A DNA stretch of 64,000 bases, from the NCBI RefSeq assembly GCF_009914755.1, contig NC_060925.1. One strand, given 5' to 3'. The position numbers and the translations under genes are program-made. The stretch is from the human T2T-CHM13v2.0 reference genome, Homo sapiens. The notes below the pieces were generated by a model. It made no database searches and was not told the DNA's origin. It saw nothing but the letters and a program-made list of their open reading frames with translations. Below are positions 43,996 through 56,644 of the stretch, one piece after another (position 1 is the first letter of the stretch; the number at the start of each line of letters is the position of its first letter).

Positions 43996-45556
43996 CAACT
44001 ATAGTTACCACTATTCACTCTAGTTTCCAACCTTCTCTTCTTTTTATGCCCTGTCAATTACACGAACTACAAACCATGCCCCCATGTTTCCCCTGGCCTT
44101 TAGCCTTCACTTTCTGGCTGGTCACACGTTTTTATGTCCCATTCAGCTTGGGCTGTCTATAGAGGCCAACAATTAGAGCAACAGCCCTTCCAGACCAACT
44201 GTCCCAGCTTGATGACTCAGGTATATAAATTCTGTCATTTTCACTCTAGTCCACAATAGCAAACTAAAGTAGGAGATACAATTTTGATGAAGCAGCAGTT
44301 TCTCAGGCTTCTGAATGTCCATCCCTCATCAAAATCTGCAGGAATTTTGAGGCAGCGACATGAGAGAATGTCCGGTGGGGCAGGCAGCTTGTTCAGGGCT
44401 GTAAGGTGGCTGATTTAGCTGTGGGACTGGCTGGCAGGGAGGTAGGAGGGAAACGGAGTAGAATGGAATAGGGATGGAGAGAAATCAGTGAAGTATGTGC
44501 TCCTTTATGGTAGCTTGCTGGTTTCCCCCCAACAGACCAGCCCCAACAGGAGCCCAGGACCCCTGACCTCAGCTCTCCTAACTGAGCTGCACCTCAGAGT
44601 TGGTTCTGGGCTTTCAGTGCTGCCCTCAGAAGTAACCCTTCTCCAGAACTCCAACACAGTCACGTGGCTTGAGCAGGTCATGGTAGGCACGCTTCATCCA
44701 TCTTCATTATCATAAACAGATCTGAGTGACCTTTGTAAAGAAATTGAATCATTTAACAGAATATTTATTACCATTTTTGTTTTTTGCTGTATTTGCTTGA
44801 CTTCGCTTCATTACTAACTTGTCTGTTCTTTCCTCAGTAATTTTTTACTCTTTTAAATGGGGAAAAAGAAAGAGGCTTAGTCTCGTGTTAAGGCCATACC
44901 CCAAAGAAAGGGAGCTAGATGCCTTCTCTGGCTTCCTCTTTTCTCAACAGCCACGCCTCCGCCTACCAGCCAGGTTCTACAGTGGGTGTTTTAGCATCTT
45001 TCAGTCATTCGGTCAATCACTCAACAAACACTAACTGATGCCGGGTGCCAGGGCTGGGGTTTCAGATGTGCACTTAGCTCACACTTGAAAAGGATTCCCA
45101 TTCCAGCCACAGAGTGACCTTCTGACCTTAAAAACCCACCTGTGGAGAAGGCTGTTGATCATATTTTTTGTATCTTACCAGTGTGGATACTTTGAAACAG
45201 AGAATTTAAATAACTTGTCTAAAATTACAAACTAGCAGAAAGTATTTACACCAGGGATTTCTTTAAATCCCCTGCTCTTTCCACTGAACAGTGTGGCCTC
45301 TTTAAGCATGCAAATACACTGTGGTGGGTTGCATTTCAGAGAGGCCAAGATTTTCAATCCATGATTGTTTCTTTTCAGGTGTTCTACCTGCTATTCTAGC
45401 ATCAGATGAGCCAGTCCACCTGCTGGGGGTAGAGAACTAAGAGCAGCTCTCAGGTCTCCCTGGGTTTAATCTAGAAATTAAAAAAATAGTGATTTCCTGA
45501 TATTACCCTTTAAATAAGGGAACAATTTAAAAATATAATATTAAAAAACTTAGATT

Positions 45557-45782
45557 TGGGAGCTAAGCTACAAGGATGCCAAGGCATAAGAATTATACAG
45601 TGGACTTCGGGGACTCGAGGAAAGGATGGGAGGGGGATGAGGGATAAAAGACTACACATTGGGTACAGTGTACACTGCTTGGGTGGTGGGTGCACCAGAA
45701 TCTCAGAAATCATCACTAAATAACTTCTTCATGTAACCAAACACTACCTGTTCCATAAAATCCTATTGAAATTAAAACAAAC
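45557..45782 (+). mobile_element. L1PB 3' end fragment
   Basis: GGGAGCTAAGCTA..GAGGGATAAAAGACTACACATTGGGTACAGTGTACACTGC..ATCTCAGAAATCATCACTAAA. Confidence 0.85.
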
Positions 45783-46176
45783 ACCTAGAGTAAGGTCAAT
45801 AGGAAGAGCATTTCATCAGGAATTAATAAATCTAGGTCTAATTCTACCATTGACAATCTATGTTGGGCAATTTATTTCCACCTCTCAAGGCCTCTATTGC
45901 AAATTGAAACATTCAAATTAGATTCTCTCTAATACCCCTTCCAGTTCTAAAATTCTATGATCCAGATATATACATCATATAACATAATGTATCTTTCATT
46001 TCCATTTTTCTCCTCTAAGAAAAGACTATTAACTGTTTAACTTAAGGTCTCTGGGATGTTGAAAAGCCCCAGGGCTTAAGGAACAATTTTCTTCAGCTGG
46101 AGCTCTGTCAGGCATTGGCTCTAATTGCTCTTTGAAAGATCCTTATCTGTAAATCCAGGTTGGCCTCCATCCCTTC

Positions 46177-46731
46177 TGTATTAGTAGGATCCCTAGAGAA
46201 ATGGAAATAAGAGGAATGTATAGACACAGCCATGAGGATTTATTGTGGGAATTGGCTCATGTGACTGTGGAGGCTGAGAAGTCCCATACTATGTGGTCTG
46301 CAAGCTGGAGAACAGCAAAGCTGCTTGTATAATTCAGTCCAAGTCTGGTGGCCTGAGAACCAGTGGAACCAATGGTGTAACTCACAGTCCAAGGCTGAAG
46401 TCCCAAATATCAGGCAGGCTGCTAGTGTAAGTCCCAGAGTCTGAAAGCCCAAGAACCAGGAGCTCCAATATCCAAGGACAGAAGATGAATGTCTCAGCTC
46501 AAAAAGATGGAGAGGACTTTCCTTTGCCTTTTTCTTCTATTTGGGTCCTTAAAGGATTGGATGATGGCTGCCCACAATGGTGAGGACAGATCTTCTTTTC
46601 TTAGTCTGTTGATTTGAACGCTAATCTCTTCCTGAAACACACCCTCACAGACACACCCAGAAATCATGTTATACCAGCTGCCTGGGTATCCCTTAGCCTG
46701 GTAAAGTTGACACATTAGCTTGACCATTACA
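46177..46731 (-). mobile_element. MLT2B-like solo LTR (ERVL)
   Basis: TGTATTAG..GGAATTGGCTCATGTGACTGTGGAGGCTGAGAAGTCCCA..CACCCTCACAGACACACCCAGAAAT..GTTGACAC..ACCATTACA; TSD CCTTC/CTTTC. Confidence 0.85.
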
Positions 46732-47891
46732 CTTTCCTTCTGTTGTCACTTACAGAGGTCCTCCCATCACTCACCACTGCCCTGGCAGCCTTCTGGTTCT
46801 CCCAAGCAAAGCAGGTCTCTGAAATCAGGTTCTCTCTGATCCTCTCATAGCTGCAAGATTAACACATAGCAGGAAGAAGTGAGCTCTCCACTCAGTCCCT
46901 CTGTATCTTCCTCTCCCTGAGTAATTTTGGGAAGATTAGAGAGAAAATTGATGAAGCTTTTGGGGGCACAGGAGGTGCCCAACAAGTGTCAGTTTATCCT
47001 TTCCTGACAAAGGGGCCCCAACCCTTGGGTTCAGGGGGTCTTCCTCTTAGTAGTCTTTCCTAAAGAGAGTATTATTTAATCAGAAGCTAGTTTTTGAGAC
47101 ACACATTTTTATCTAATATTTCCATGTGCACAGAATTACACTTTAAACATAACATGGAGCAGTCAAATTAGCCCAGACTTGACTAGTTGTCTCCAAATAT
47201 GATTGCAATTATGTTCAACATATGTACTCTCAACTGGAATGGGAAAACCACCATGTGTAAAACACACTTCTTGGCTTCCTTAACTTGGGTTCTGATCAAA
47301 AAGATGAACTGATTTTAGGTATAAAAGGAATTGAGATGTGAGAGATGGTTTACCTGGGGTCACAGGCATCAGTCTTCAGAGCTCTAAATTAGACCCCTTT
47401 ATTCATGTGTTGTTGCCTCTCTCCAAATCCACTGGCTTCTCTCATCCAGCAAATACCTTTCATATGACCTCAGTGCTCCAAAATTGAGGCATCAGCTCTC
47501 TTAATTTAGCAGGTCAGAATAGGTGGCTCCTATAGCCAGTCCCCTTAGGACCCTGTCCCTTGACATCTGAAATCAAGAGAATGTAATCTTAGTAACAAAG
47601 CATATGAGAAAGTTGATGGTGCAAAGGCCTTCTCTTCTCATCTGGTTACTTGAGTGCACTTCAGCTTGTCCTCAGGCAACTCACGGCCCTTGTACATGCT
47701 GTTTCCTCTGCTTGGAATTCTTCTTCTTCTCCTAGCTTGGACATTCCAACTTATCCTCCAGGTCTGTTTTGATGTCATTATCTTCAGGAAGTCTACCCTG
47801 ACTCCATAAAAGTCCGAGTTAGATCCTATGTGATCCCTAATGCCCTGGCTTATATCATCTATATCATTCTCTCTATTGCACCTGTCTAGAC

Positions 47892-48099
47892 CAGCAGTGT
47901 CCCATGGAAAATACTGTAATGATAGAAATGCTCTATATCTGCACTGTCCAAAATGGTAGCCGTCAGCCACATGTGAGCTATTGGAATATTTGAAACATGG
48001 ACAGTATAGCTGAGGAAGTAAACTTTAACTTATAATACTTAAATTTAATTAAATATAAAAGCCACATGTAGCCACTGGCTACCATACTGGACCACGCAG
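47892..48099. mobile_element. MER3 hAT-Charlie MITE inserted in an L2
   Basis: MER3 body (GATAGAAATGCTCTATATCTGCACTGTCCAAAATGGTAGCC..GGCTACCATACTGGAC); perfect 8-bp hAT TSD GTCTAGAC at 47884-47891 and 48100-48107. Confidence 0.9.
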
Positions 48100-48511
48100 G
48101 TCTAGACATTATAACTCTTGAGCACAAGGGCTGTGTTTTGTTCACCTTTGAATCATTCGTACTTAGCCAAGGGGTGGGCAATCAGTAGGTGCCGGGTGAA
48201 TATTTTTGGAATGAGTGATTTTAGTAGAAATCCCAGTTTTGTTGTCTCAAAAGATGAACTTTCACAGTGGAACCTCCAGGCCAGGAAGAAATGGAAGTGA
48301 TTCCTTGATTGACAAAGAGGAAGCTTTAAAAAGCAAATGAGATTGTCACCTGGAACAAATTCTAGGTGGACAAGGGTGCCATTGGTGCCTCCCTCTTCTT
48401 TTCTTAGTGCCCTTTCCCTTCTCCCAGGGTGTCTCACCCCGAGCCCTTAGTCTCTCAGGTCCAGCCTACTGCTTCCTGCCCACCCAAGACCTCATACAGA
48501 TGCACCCCAGT

Positions 48512-48930
48512 GTATCAGTGAGATCCTTTGGTTGCAACTGGCAAAAACCAATTCAGGCTCACTTAGACAAAAAACCAACTAGAAGGATATGGGGTAATTC
48601 ACATAATTAAAGAAAAGTTGGACACTTGGACTTCAGAATGGACAGGAATCAGAGCAACCCTGGAAATCCTGGTGTCAGGACCTAATGAAGAAGCTCTAGA
48701 GGGAGCTGCCCTTGGGATAATGGGTCCTAGATGATTCTTTGCATCTGTTCCAGGATTCAAGCAAAGGGAGGGTGTTTTCAGTTGCTCCAGCTTTGAACAG
48801 GGAAGGACAGGCACCATGATTGACTCTTGCCAGACATAAATCCAATGAGAGGCAGTGGTTTCTCCCAAAGTAAAATCAGAGTGCTCTAGCTAGAATAGAT
48901 ACTGGCAGGCAAAAATGATAGATATCCATG
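48512..48930 (-). mobile_element. Old MLT1 (K/L-like) MaLR LTR
   Basis: TGTATCAGTGAGATCCTTTGGTTGCAAC..AAAACCAATTCAGGCTCACTTAG..TCTCCCAAAGTAAAATCAGAGTGCT..GATACTGGCAGGCAAAA. Confidence 0.6.
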
Positions 48931-49187
48931 ATGGCCCCACTGACTAGAGCTCCACAGCAATGTCCTTCTGGATCTTTCCTTTCTGTCTCCATCTTTATCT
49001 CACCCTCAGCCTGGTCCACCCAAGGAAAAAAAAAATACCCAGTATCTCATGGTATTGAAAAATTTGCCTGTGTTTGGTCTTTAAATAGGCTTTGTCCTAG
49101 ATCTCACTTTCTTCATCTCCTCACTCTAAGAAAAAAAAATTATATGCAACTACATCTGCAAGGATAATAGCTACAATGTATACATAT

Positions 49188-49191
49188 ACAC

Positions 49192-49246
<55 letters not shown>
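49188..49246 (+). repeat. (CA)n microsatellite
   Basis: Pure (CA)23 at 49201-49246 with an interrupted lead-in. Confidence 0.97.
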
Positions 49247-49248
<2 letters not shown>

Positions 49249-49556
49249 TATTTATAATCCAATGGTGAGAATGGTTGGTCAGCTTTAGGTATCCATCGCC
49301 AAGAGAGGGGACTGAGAAGATTTAAGGGAAAATTCAAAACGGTGACACATGAGAGACCAGAACAACTCTATCAAGTCACTGGTTTCAGCTTTATCTGGTA
49401 GAGACACCTAAATCCTTGAGATCTGAAGCCCTCAAAATGGAGAAACAATGGCCCAAACAAACCGTGCCTTAAGCCACAAAACAATTCTTGCAGAAGTGCT
49501 CACTCAGGACTCTGCTGAAAGTACAGTGGTCATTCTCAATAGAAAATGATTATCCA

Positions 49557-49870
<314 letters not shown>

Positions 49871-50576
49871 AAAATGGTTCTCTACACTGTGACCAAAGCG
49901 ATGGCTGACAATTCACAACCACTTCAGCTGCGGCTTCACTGTCCCAGCAGAGAAGGAAAGGCCGACAAACACTGATGATAAAACTCACCAAACCATAAGA
50001 TTTGCTCACACATTCCCTGAAAATAATCAAAACCCAGCTGCTTAGTCTCTAACTGGGTGGCAAGCCTATCTCTCCTACCCACAATTGTTCCAGCTGTCAA
50101 TTATGGCCAGTGAGTCACCACTGCCGAGAGATAAGCGTCCTGCTACAGAGACAAACCCAAGTGTCATCCTGGGAGTGCTTATTATTTCTTTCTCACACCA
50201 CCAATGTTCCACTTGGCTTCCTCCATCTGGCATTTCAGCACCTGAAAAGTTTCTAACTTGGAATGCAATCCACATCCGGTTTTTGAGAGCTGTAACTCTC
50301 TTTGGAGGCTTCTGAATCTTATACCACTGCAGGGAAATCATGTTGAAGATGACTGAGCAATGCACACTGTCAACAGGGGCTACACAAGGCAAACTCTGTG
50401 TTGTGGTGGGGATATGAATGGCATAATAATGTAGTAGGGAGAGATTGAGAAAGTTAATATAATAACCCAGCAAATGAAAAATAGGTAGCTTAGACTCTAT
50501 AGATGCTTAACAGAGACAGACATCACTGAGATTAGAGTATTGAGGGAAGACAGGATAGCAAACAAAAGAAATCAAA

Positions 50577-50676
50577 TGTTGGCCAGGCTGGTCTTGAACT
50601 CCTGACCTCAGGTGATCCACCCTCCTCGGCCTCCCAAAGTGATGGGATTACAGACATGAGCCACCACACCCGGCCA
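50577..50676 (-). mobile_element. AluS left-arm fragment
   Basis: ATGTTGGCCAGGCTGGTCTTGAACTCCTGACCTCAGGTGATCC...ACACCCGGCC; remainder of the element absent. Confidence 0.88.
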
Positions 50677-50892
50677 GATTCATTGTTTTCAGGAGCTGGG
50701 GAGAGGTGGAAATGGGGAGTGACTGCTAATTGTGTTCAGGTTTTTCTTAAGGGAATCAGAAATGTTCCAAAATTTGATTGTAAGGATGGTTGCAAAACCC
50801 TATAAATATTCTTTAAAAACCCACTAAATTGTACATTTTAAGTGGGTGAATTGTTCATATGTGAATTATGTATCAACAAAGCTGTCTAAAAC
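50677..50892 (+). mobile_element. L1MB 3' end fragment
   Basis: AATGGGGAGTGACTGCTAAT..AAATGTTCCAAAATT..GGATGGTTGCA..GGGTGAATTGT..GTGAATTATGTATCAACAAAGCTG. Confidence 0.8.
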
Positions 50893-52032
50893 ATATTCTG
50901 GAGTTTGGGTTTTTTAAAAATAAATATTTGCTCATTCAGGTTGTTTTCATACAACTCATATCTCCTTATTCTAAAAGTCAACTGCTGAGAAAAAGCAAAT
51001 TACTTACAACTTTATTTTAATTTCTCTATCTCCAGAACTAGTAAAGTTCTCCAGACCTGCCCATTGTCCTTGGGCAACCCACAGCACAAACATCAATGAT
51101 ACAAGCAGCCCCTTCCAGCCCACAACACTCATTTGTTCATTCTCTCATGAACTTACCTAAAGAATCACAGGCCAGCAATGCTCTAGGTTCTGAGGAGATA
51201 GTGGTGGATCTCTAGACAAGCTCCCCAGCCACTACAGCTCAAATTTCAGTCAAACAGAGGTGAGAAGGGGTAAAAAGGATGTCAAGCAACCCCTTGGAAT
51301 CGAAGGGGAGACCAGGAGCATAAAGAACACACTGGAAAGGTGTGAGTCAGGCTTTGGTCATCTACAGTTGTCATCTAGTGCAATGTGGAGTTGAGCAGGA
51401 TGGAAACTAGGGGCTGGGCTGAGCAGAGTTGGTAGCAGAATGCATTGTATGGGTTCAGTACAGGAGCCCAGGTGAAGAGTGCAGGAGTCAGTAAAGGTCA
51501 GTTACCAAGCCATATAAGCCTCCTTCAGAACAGGCACCAGGGCTTTTGAACTGGGTGAAAACAATCTAGGGAATGAGCTACAGGAAAGCCAAGTGTCTGA
51601 CTAAATCTTCTTAGTTGTCCTGTTAGACCCGTGGCTGGCCCTAGCTGTGGCATCAGTTTCCTCGTCTGTAAAGTTAATATAATAATAACCACCTTGTTAG
51701 GAGGATTAAATGAAATAAAGCAAGCCTAGATACCTATCAGAATTACACATTTAAAACAGTGCATTTTAGTTTGTTTATCTAGGAAATATTCTATTACATA
51801 ATATATATTAATTATAACAAGGTATTATTCAATCATACAATAATGAAGCCACTTGCTTCGAACTTTTTCACCCAAAATGTACAAGTGGACTGTTATCTTC
51901 TACTTTCAATTCCCGCCTCCTGGTGAAGGTTATGTTCAATTGCTTTTCAAGTATTGATGACCATTTCTTCATACTTACTGATATGAAAATATGCTATAAT
52001 AATGGTATGATAAACTATTATATAGATAAACT

Positions 52033-52170
52033 TGTGTTAGTCAGGGTTCTCTAGAGGGACATAACCAATAGGATACATATATATGTACATATCTATATAT
52101 AAACTTGTATATAAACTCCCATATATATATATATATATACATATACACATATATATGTATATATGGGAGT

Positions 52171-52220
<50 letters not shown>

Positions 52221-52610
52221 GGGAGTTTATAAAGTAGTATTAACTCACATGATCACAAGGTCCCACAATAGGCTGTCTGCAAGCTGAGGAGCAAGGAAGC
52301 CAGTCCAAGTCTCAAACCTGAAGAGCTTGGAGTCTGATGTTCGAGGGCAGGAAGCATCCAGTATGGGAGAAAGATGCAGGCTGGGAGGCCTAGCCAGTCT
52401 AGCCTTTTCACATTTTTCTGCCTGCTTTATATTCTAGCCCCACTGGCAGCTGATTAGATGGTGCCTACCCAGATTAAGAGTGGGTCTGCCTTTCCCAGCC
52501 AACTGACTCAAATGTTAATCTCCTTTGGCAACACCCTCACATACGCACCCAGGATCAATACTTTGCATCCTCCCATCCAATCAAGTTGACACTCAATACT
52601 AAACATCACA
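52033..52610 (-). mobile_element. 3' LTR, MLT2A1
   Basis: TGTGTTAGTCAGGGTTCTCTAGAGGG...GTTGACACTCAATACTAAACATCACA, with an internal (TA)n/(CA)n tract. Confidence 0.93.
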
Positions 52611-52976
52611 AGTGCATCCTTTGTCAGCATGAATCCACACACATCTCCTGAGATCATACATAATCTTCAAATAAAGACAATAATGTAATAATTACGCCTA
52701 ACATCATACAACTGTCCTTCATCCATTGGAAATACACAAATCCCCAACCCAAATGTTATTACATAAGTTAACAATACTTAAATACTGATATGAAGTCAAT
52801 AAATCTATGTCACATGATAAAGGAAAAGGAAATAAAATGAAGATATTTTCTTAGTACAGTGTTTACATGCATTAACATGTTTTTAACAAAAAGAAGAAAT
52901 ACTCATGACAATTACAGTCCTCAGTTCTGCAACTGGTCATGTGGTCATAGCTGGTATTGATGACTACCTTCTTCTA

Positions 52977-53400
52977 CTACCTATTCTGTATTCCCTTTGC
53001 CTTTGCAAGGACCTCAGCAGGTCGTGGTTTTTTTCCTGGTGGAGTGACACAAACCTTCATTCCTGAAGGGTCTGGGCTGTTTGTAGTCCTGCCTGGATTA
53101 GGCTGTTGTAATTTCCCATTGACCTTAATCACAGGGCATGGTAATTCAAAGAGACACCCCAAGGAATCTTCTGTATTCCATGCATACTCTTCCTTACCTC
53201 TGTTGTGGTGTGGAAGACTAATTTCATCTTGATAGTCCAGGTCAATCACCCCAGCCAACACTGTAACTCCATTCTTAGCCTGTTGACTTAAAGGTAGGAG
53301 GACCCCAAAGTGTCCGGGTGGCAATCTTAACTTCCAGTTTAATGGAATCATTGTTGTGTCTCCTGGTGGTAGCGTTCTCCCTCTGGAACTAAGACCTCTA
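52977..53400 (-). pseudogene. HERV-L dUTPase-like remnant downstream of integrase
   Basis: MIPLNWKLRLPPGHFGVLLPLSQQAKNGVTVLAGVIDLDYQDEISL; dUTPase motif III-like GVID.DY; position after integrase is typical of ERV-L. Confidence 0.85.
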
Positions 53401-55338
53401 GGACAGCAGAACTAATGTCTAGAGAACAGGAAGCAAAAATGTTGCTAGTGGATCACTAGGGGTGATGGTGAGTGGTACCACTTCCACTTCCACCCCTTGA
53501 TTCCTGGACCCATGAATCCTGGCTATGGGAGAAAGAGTACCATATATTAGACGCTGATTCAGACCATACATAGCCTTCTGGAGAACTTTGCCCCAGTCCT
53601 ACAAAGTATTGTCACCTAGTTGCCATTGTGATTGTGACTTCAAAAGGGCATTCATCTGTTCTATCAATATCAGGTGCTGCAGGATGATGGGGAACATGGT
53701 AAGACCAGTGAATTGCATGAGCATGAGCCCACAGATGGTAGTCTTGGCAGAAGCATTGTGTGCAGGATAGGCAAACACGTATCTGGAGTAAGTGTCTATT
53801 CTGGCGGACAAACCTCTGCCCTTCCCATGATGGAAGAGGTCCAATATAATCAACCTGCCACCAGGTAGCTGGCTGATCACCTTGAGGAATGGTGCCATAT
53901 TGAGGGTTCAGTGTTGGTCTCTGCTGCTGGCAAATTGGGCACTCAGCAGTGGCCGTAGCCAGGTCAGCCTTGGTAAGTTGCTGAGTCCATGTTGCTGAGC
54001 CCATGCGTAACCTCCATCCCTCCCACCATGGCCACCTTGTTCATGGGCCCATTGGGCAATGACAGGGGTGGCTGGGGAAAGGGGCAGAGTGGTGTCCACA
54101 GAATGGGTCATCCTATACACTTGATTATTAAAATCTCCTCTGCTGAGGTCACCCATTGGTGAGCACTCACATGGGATACAAATATCTTCATAGTTTTTGA
54201 CTACTGAGAGAGGTCCATCCACATACCTCTTTCCCAGATTTATTTGTCACCAATTTTCCAATCATGCTTCTTCCAAGTCCCTGACCATCCAACCAAACCA
54301 CTGGCTACAGTCCATGAATCAGTATATAATTGCAGATCTGGCCATTTATCCCATGCAAAGTGCACAACCAGGTGTACCACTCAACAACATTCTGCCCACT
54401 GGGGAGATTTCCCTTCAGCACTGTTCTTCAGGGATGTCCTAGAAAGGGTCTGTAGTGCTACAGCTGTCCACTTTGGGTGGTACCTGAATATCGTGCAGAA
54501 CCATCTGTGGACCAGGCCCTAGTCTTCTCTTCCTCTGTCAGCTGATCATAAGGAACTCTCCATGAAGCCATCAGTGCAGGCTGTGGGGAGAGAAGGCAGA
54601 GTGGCAGGAGTGGGGACCATGGGCATTTGAGCCACTTCCTCATGTAACTTCAGGACCTGCTCCAGCACGGTCATGCACATATCACTTCCATTTGATGATG
54701 CAATGCTGCTGTGCATGACCCACTTTATGGCTAGATGGGTCAGAAAGCACCCAGTTCATGATAGTCCATTCAGGTTGCATGGTGACTTGATGACCCACAG
54801 TCAAACGTTCAGTTTCCACCAAAGCCCAGTAACAACCCAAGAGCTGTCTCTCAAAAGGAGAGTAGTTATCTGCAGAAGATGGCAGGGCCTTGCTCCAAAA
54901 TCCCAGAGGCGTCTGCTGTGATTCACCTATGGGGGCCTACCAAAGGCTCCAAACAGCATCCCTATCTGCCACTGACACCTCAAGCACCATTGGATCTGTT
55001 GGGTCGTATGGCCCAAATGGCAGAGCAGCTTGCACAGCAGCTTGGACCTGTTGCAGAGCCTTCTCCTGTTCTGGACCCCACTCAAAACTGGCAGCCTTTC
55101 AAGTCACTTGATAAATGGGGTGGAGTAACACACCCAAATGAAGAATGCGTTGCCTCCCAAATCCAAATAGGCCCACTAGGGGTTGTGTCTCTTTCTTGGT
55201 TGTAGGAGAGGCCAAATGCAGGAACTTATCCTTCACCTTAGAAGGATTATCTCAACAGGCCTCACACCACTGGACCCCTAGAAATTTTACTGAAGTAGAA
55301 GGTCCCTGAATTTTTGTCAGATTAATTTCCCATCCTCT
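53401..55338 (-). pseudogene. pol: HERV-L pol remnant (RT thumb/connection, RNase H, integrase), frameshifted
   Basis: RGWEINLTKIQGPSTSVKFLGVQW; RNase H AWSTDGSARY; integrase HHCC (AHEQGGHGGRD...ECPICQ) and WQVDYIGPLP; many stops and frameshifts. Confidence 0.9.
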
Positions 55339-56505
55339 AAATTAAACCAAGGAAATCAGGCATTTCCAGCTCACTTACAGTGAGCCATCATTTAATCCAC
55401 ATTTCAGCTAACCAAGCAAATAAACTATTAGAACATTTTTTAACTCCCCAAGCTGCAACATTAAATGCAGAATCCCTACTTAGTGGGCCCAAATCAGTAC
55501 ATTCAGCCTGATCCAACTCTATTCCTTCCACCATTATCCCACACCCTTAATATCCATTCCCATGCCTGTTCTCCAGGTTTCTGCTTACATAAATTAGAAA
55601 ACTCAAGCAGTTCTTTTCGAGGGTAGTGCACTTCCTCATGGGTCACAATCTGAACCTCACCTCTAGGGGCCAGACACGACTTCAGTCTAGTTATAGGTCT
55701 AGAAGCAAACAGGGATGTTGGGGGTGGCTTCTGAGGAGAATCGACATTATCTTTCCTGGCAACTGCCACAGCGGAGGCCATCACTATTGTCTCAGGCAGT
55801 GCAGGGTCTAACTCCTCAGACAAAGGCTGATGGCAGCATGGGTCGGGGAGGGGATGTTGCCACTACTGGGGGTGGGGAAGCTGTTTCTTCTTGCAAAAAA
55901 GGTTCATCAGAGTTTACAAACTCAGCGTCCCCAGCTTCATCAGGGTCCTCCCACATGTCCCCATTCCAAGTTGCAGGGTCCCATTGTTTTCCAATCAATG
56001 CCCTCTCTTTAACAGTAGACACCTGGCGAGGCTGTGCATGCACCTTTCATTTCAGGTCAGCCACTCGCATGATAAGAGCTTGTGTCTGTTTTTCCACAAT
56101 TTCAGCTCCTTCTCAGCAGGAAATAAGACTCTCACACAGGGCAATCTTAGCAGATTTGAGGCTCAGTATCTGCTTCTGAATCTGGGAGTGAGAATCCCTG
56201 AGTTCATCATTTTCTTTCATCACCTTGTCTAGTGAACTTAGGAGCAACCAACCAGCTTCATTGTGTTCCTTGGTTCTCCACATATAGTCAAAGGGATTAC
56301 GTATAGAGTCACTAAACTCCTTGCCTCTCATAAGCAATAAATTAGGAGTGTCAAATGCATTTATTTTGCGTAACTCTCTAAACAGTTCATGACAAGGGCT
56401 ATCAGCATTCTCCATACTATTAGAAGTAGAGTCCTTAGCATTTTCGGATGTAATCATATTAAGCAGACAACTCCAGAAACCCCAAAACCAATGAAAGAAC
56501 TCCAT
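55339..56505 (-). pseudogene. gag: HERV-L gag remnant
   Basis: Fragments MENADSPCHELFRELRKINAFD, ALIGKQWDPATWNGDMWEDPDE, QKPGEQAWEWILRVWDNGGRN; interrupted by stops and frameshifts. Confidence 0.88.
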
Positions 56506-56526
56506 CCTTAATATTCTGTTCCTCTA

Positions 56527-56544
56527 GAACAACTCCTGGCACCA
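56527..56544 (-). other. Primer-binding site, tRNA-Leu type
   Basis: Minus strand TGGTGCCAGGAGTTGTTC lies immediately 3' of the 5' LTR (after GATTT) and matches the HERV-L PBS pattern TGGTACCAGGAGTGG. Confidence 0.8.
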
Positions 56545-56549
56545 AAATC

Positions 56550-56597
56550 TGTATTAGTCAGGGTTCTCTAGAGGGATATAACTAATAGGATAATAAA

Positions 56598-56644
<47 letters not shown>

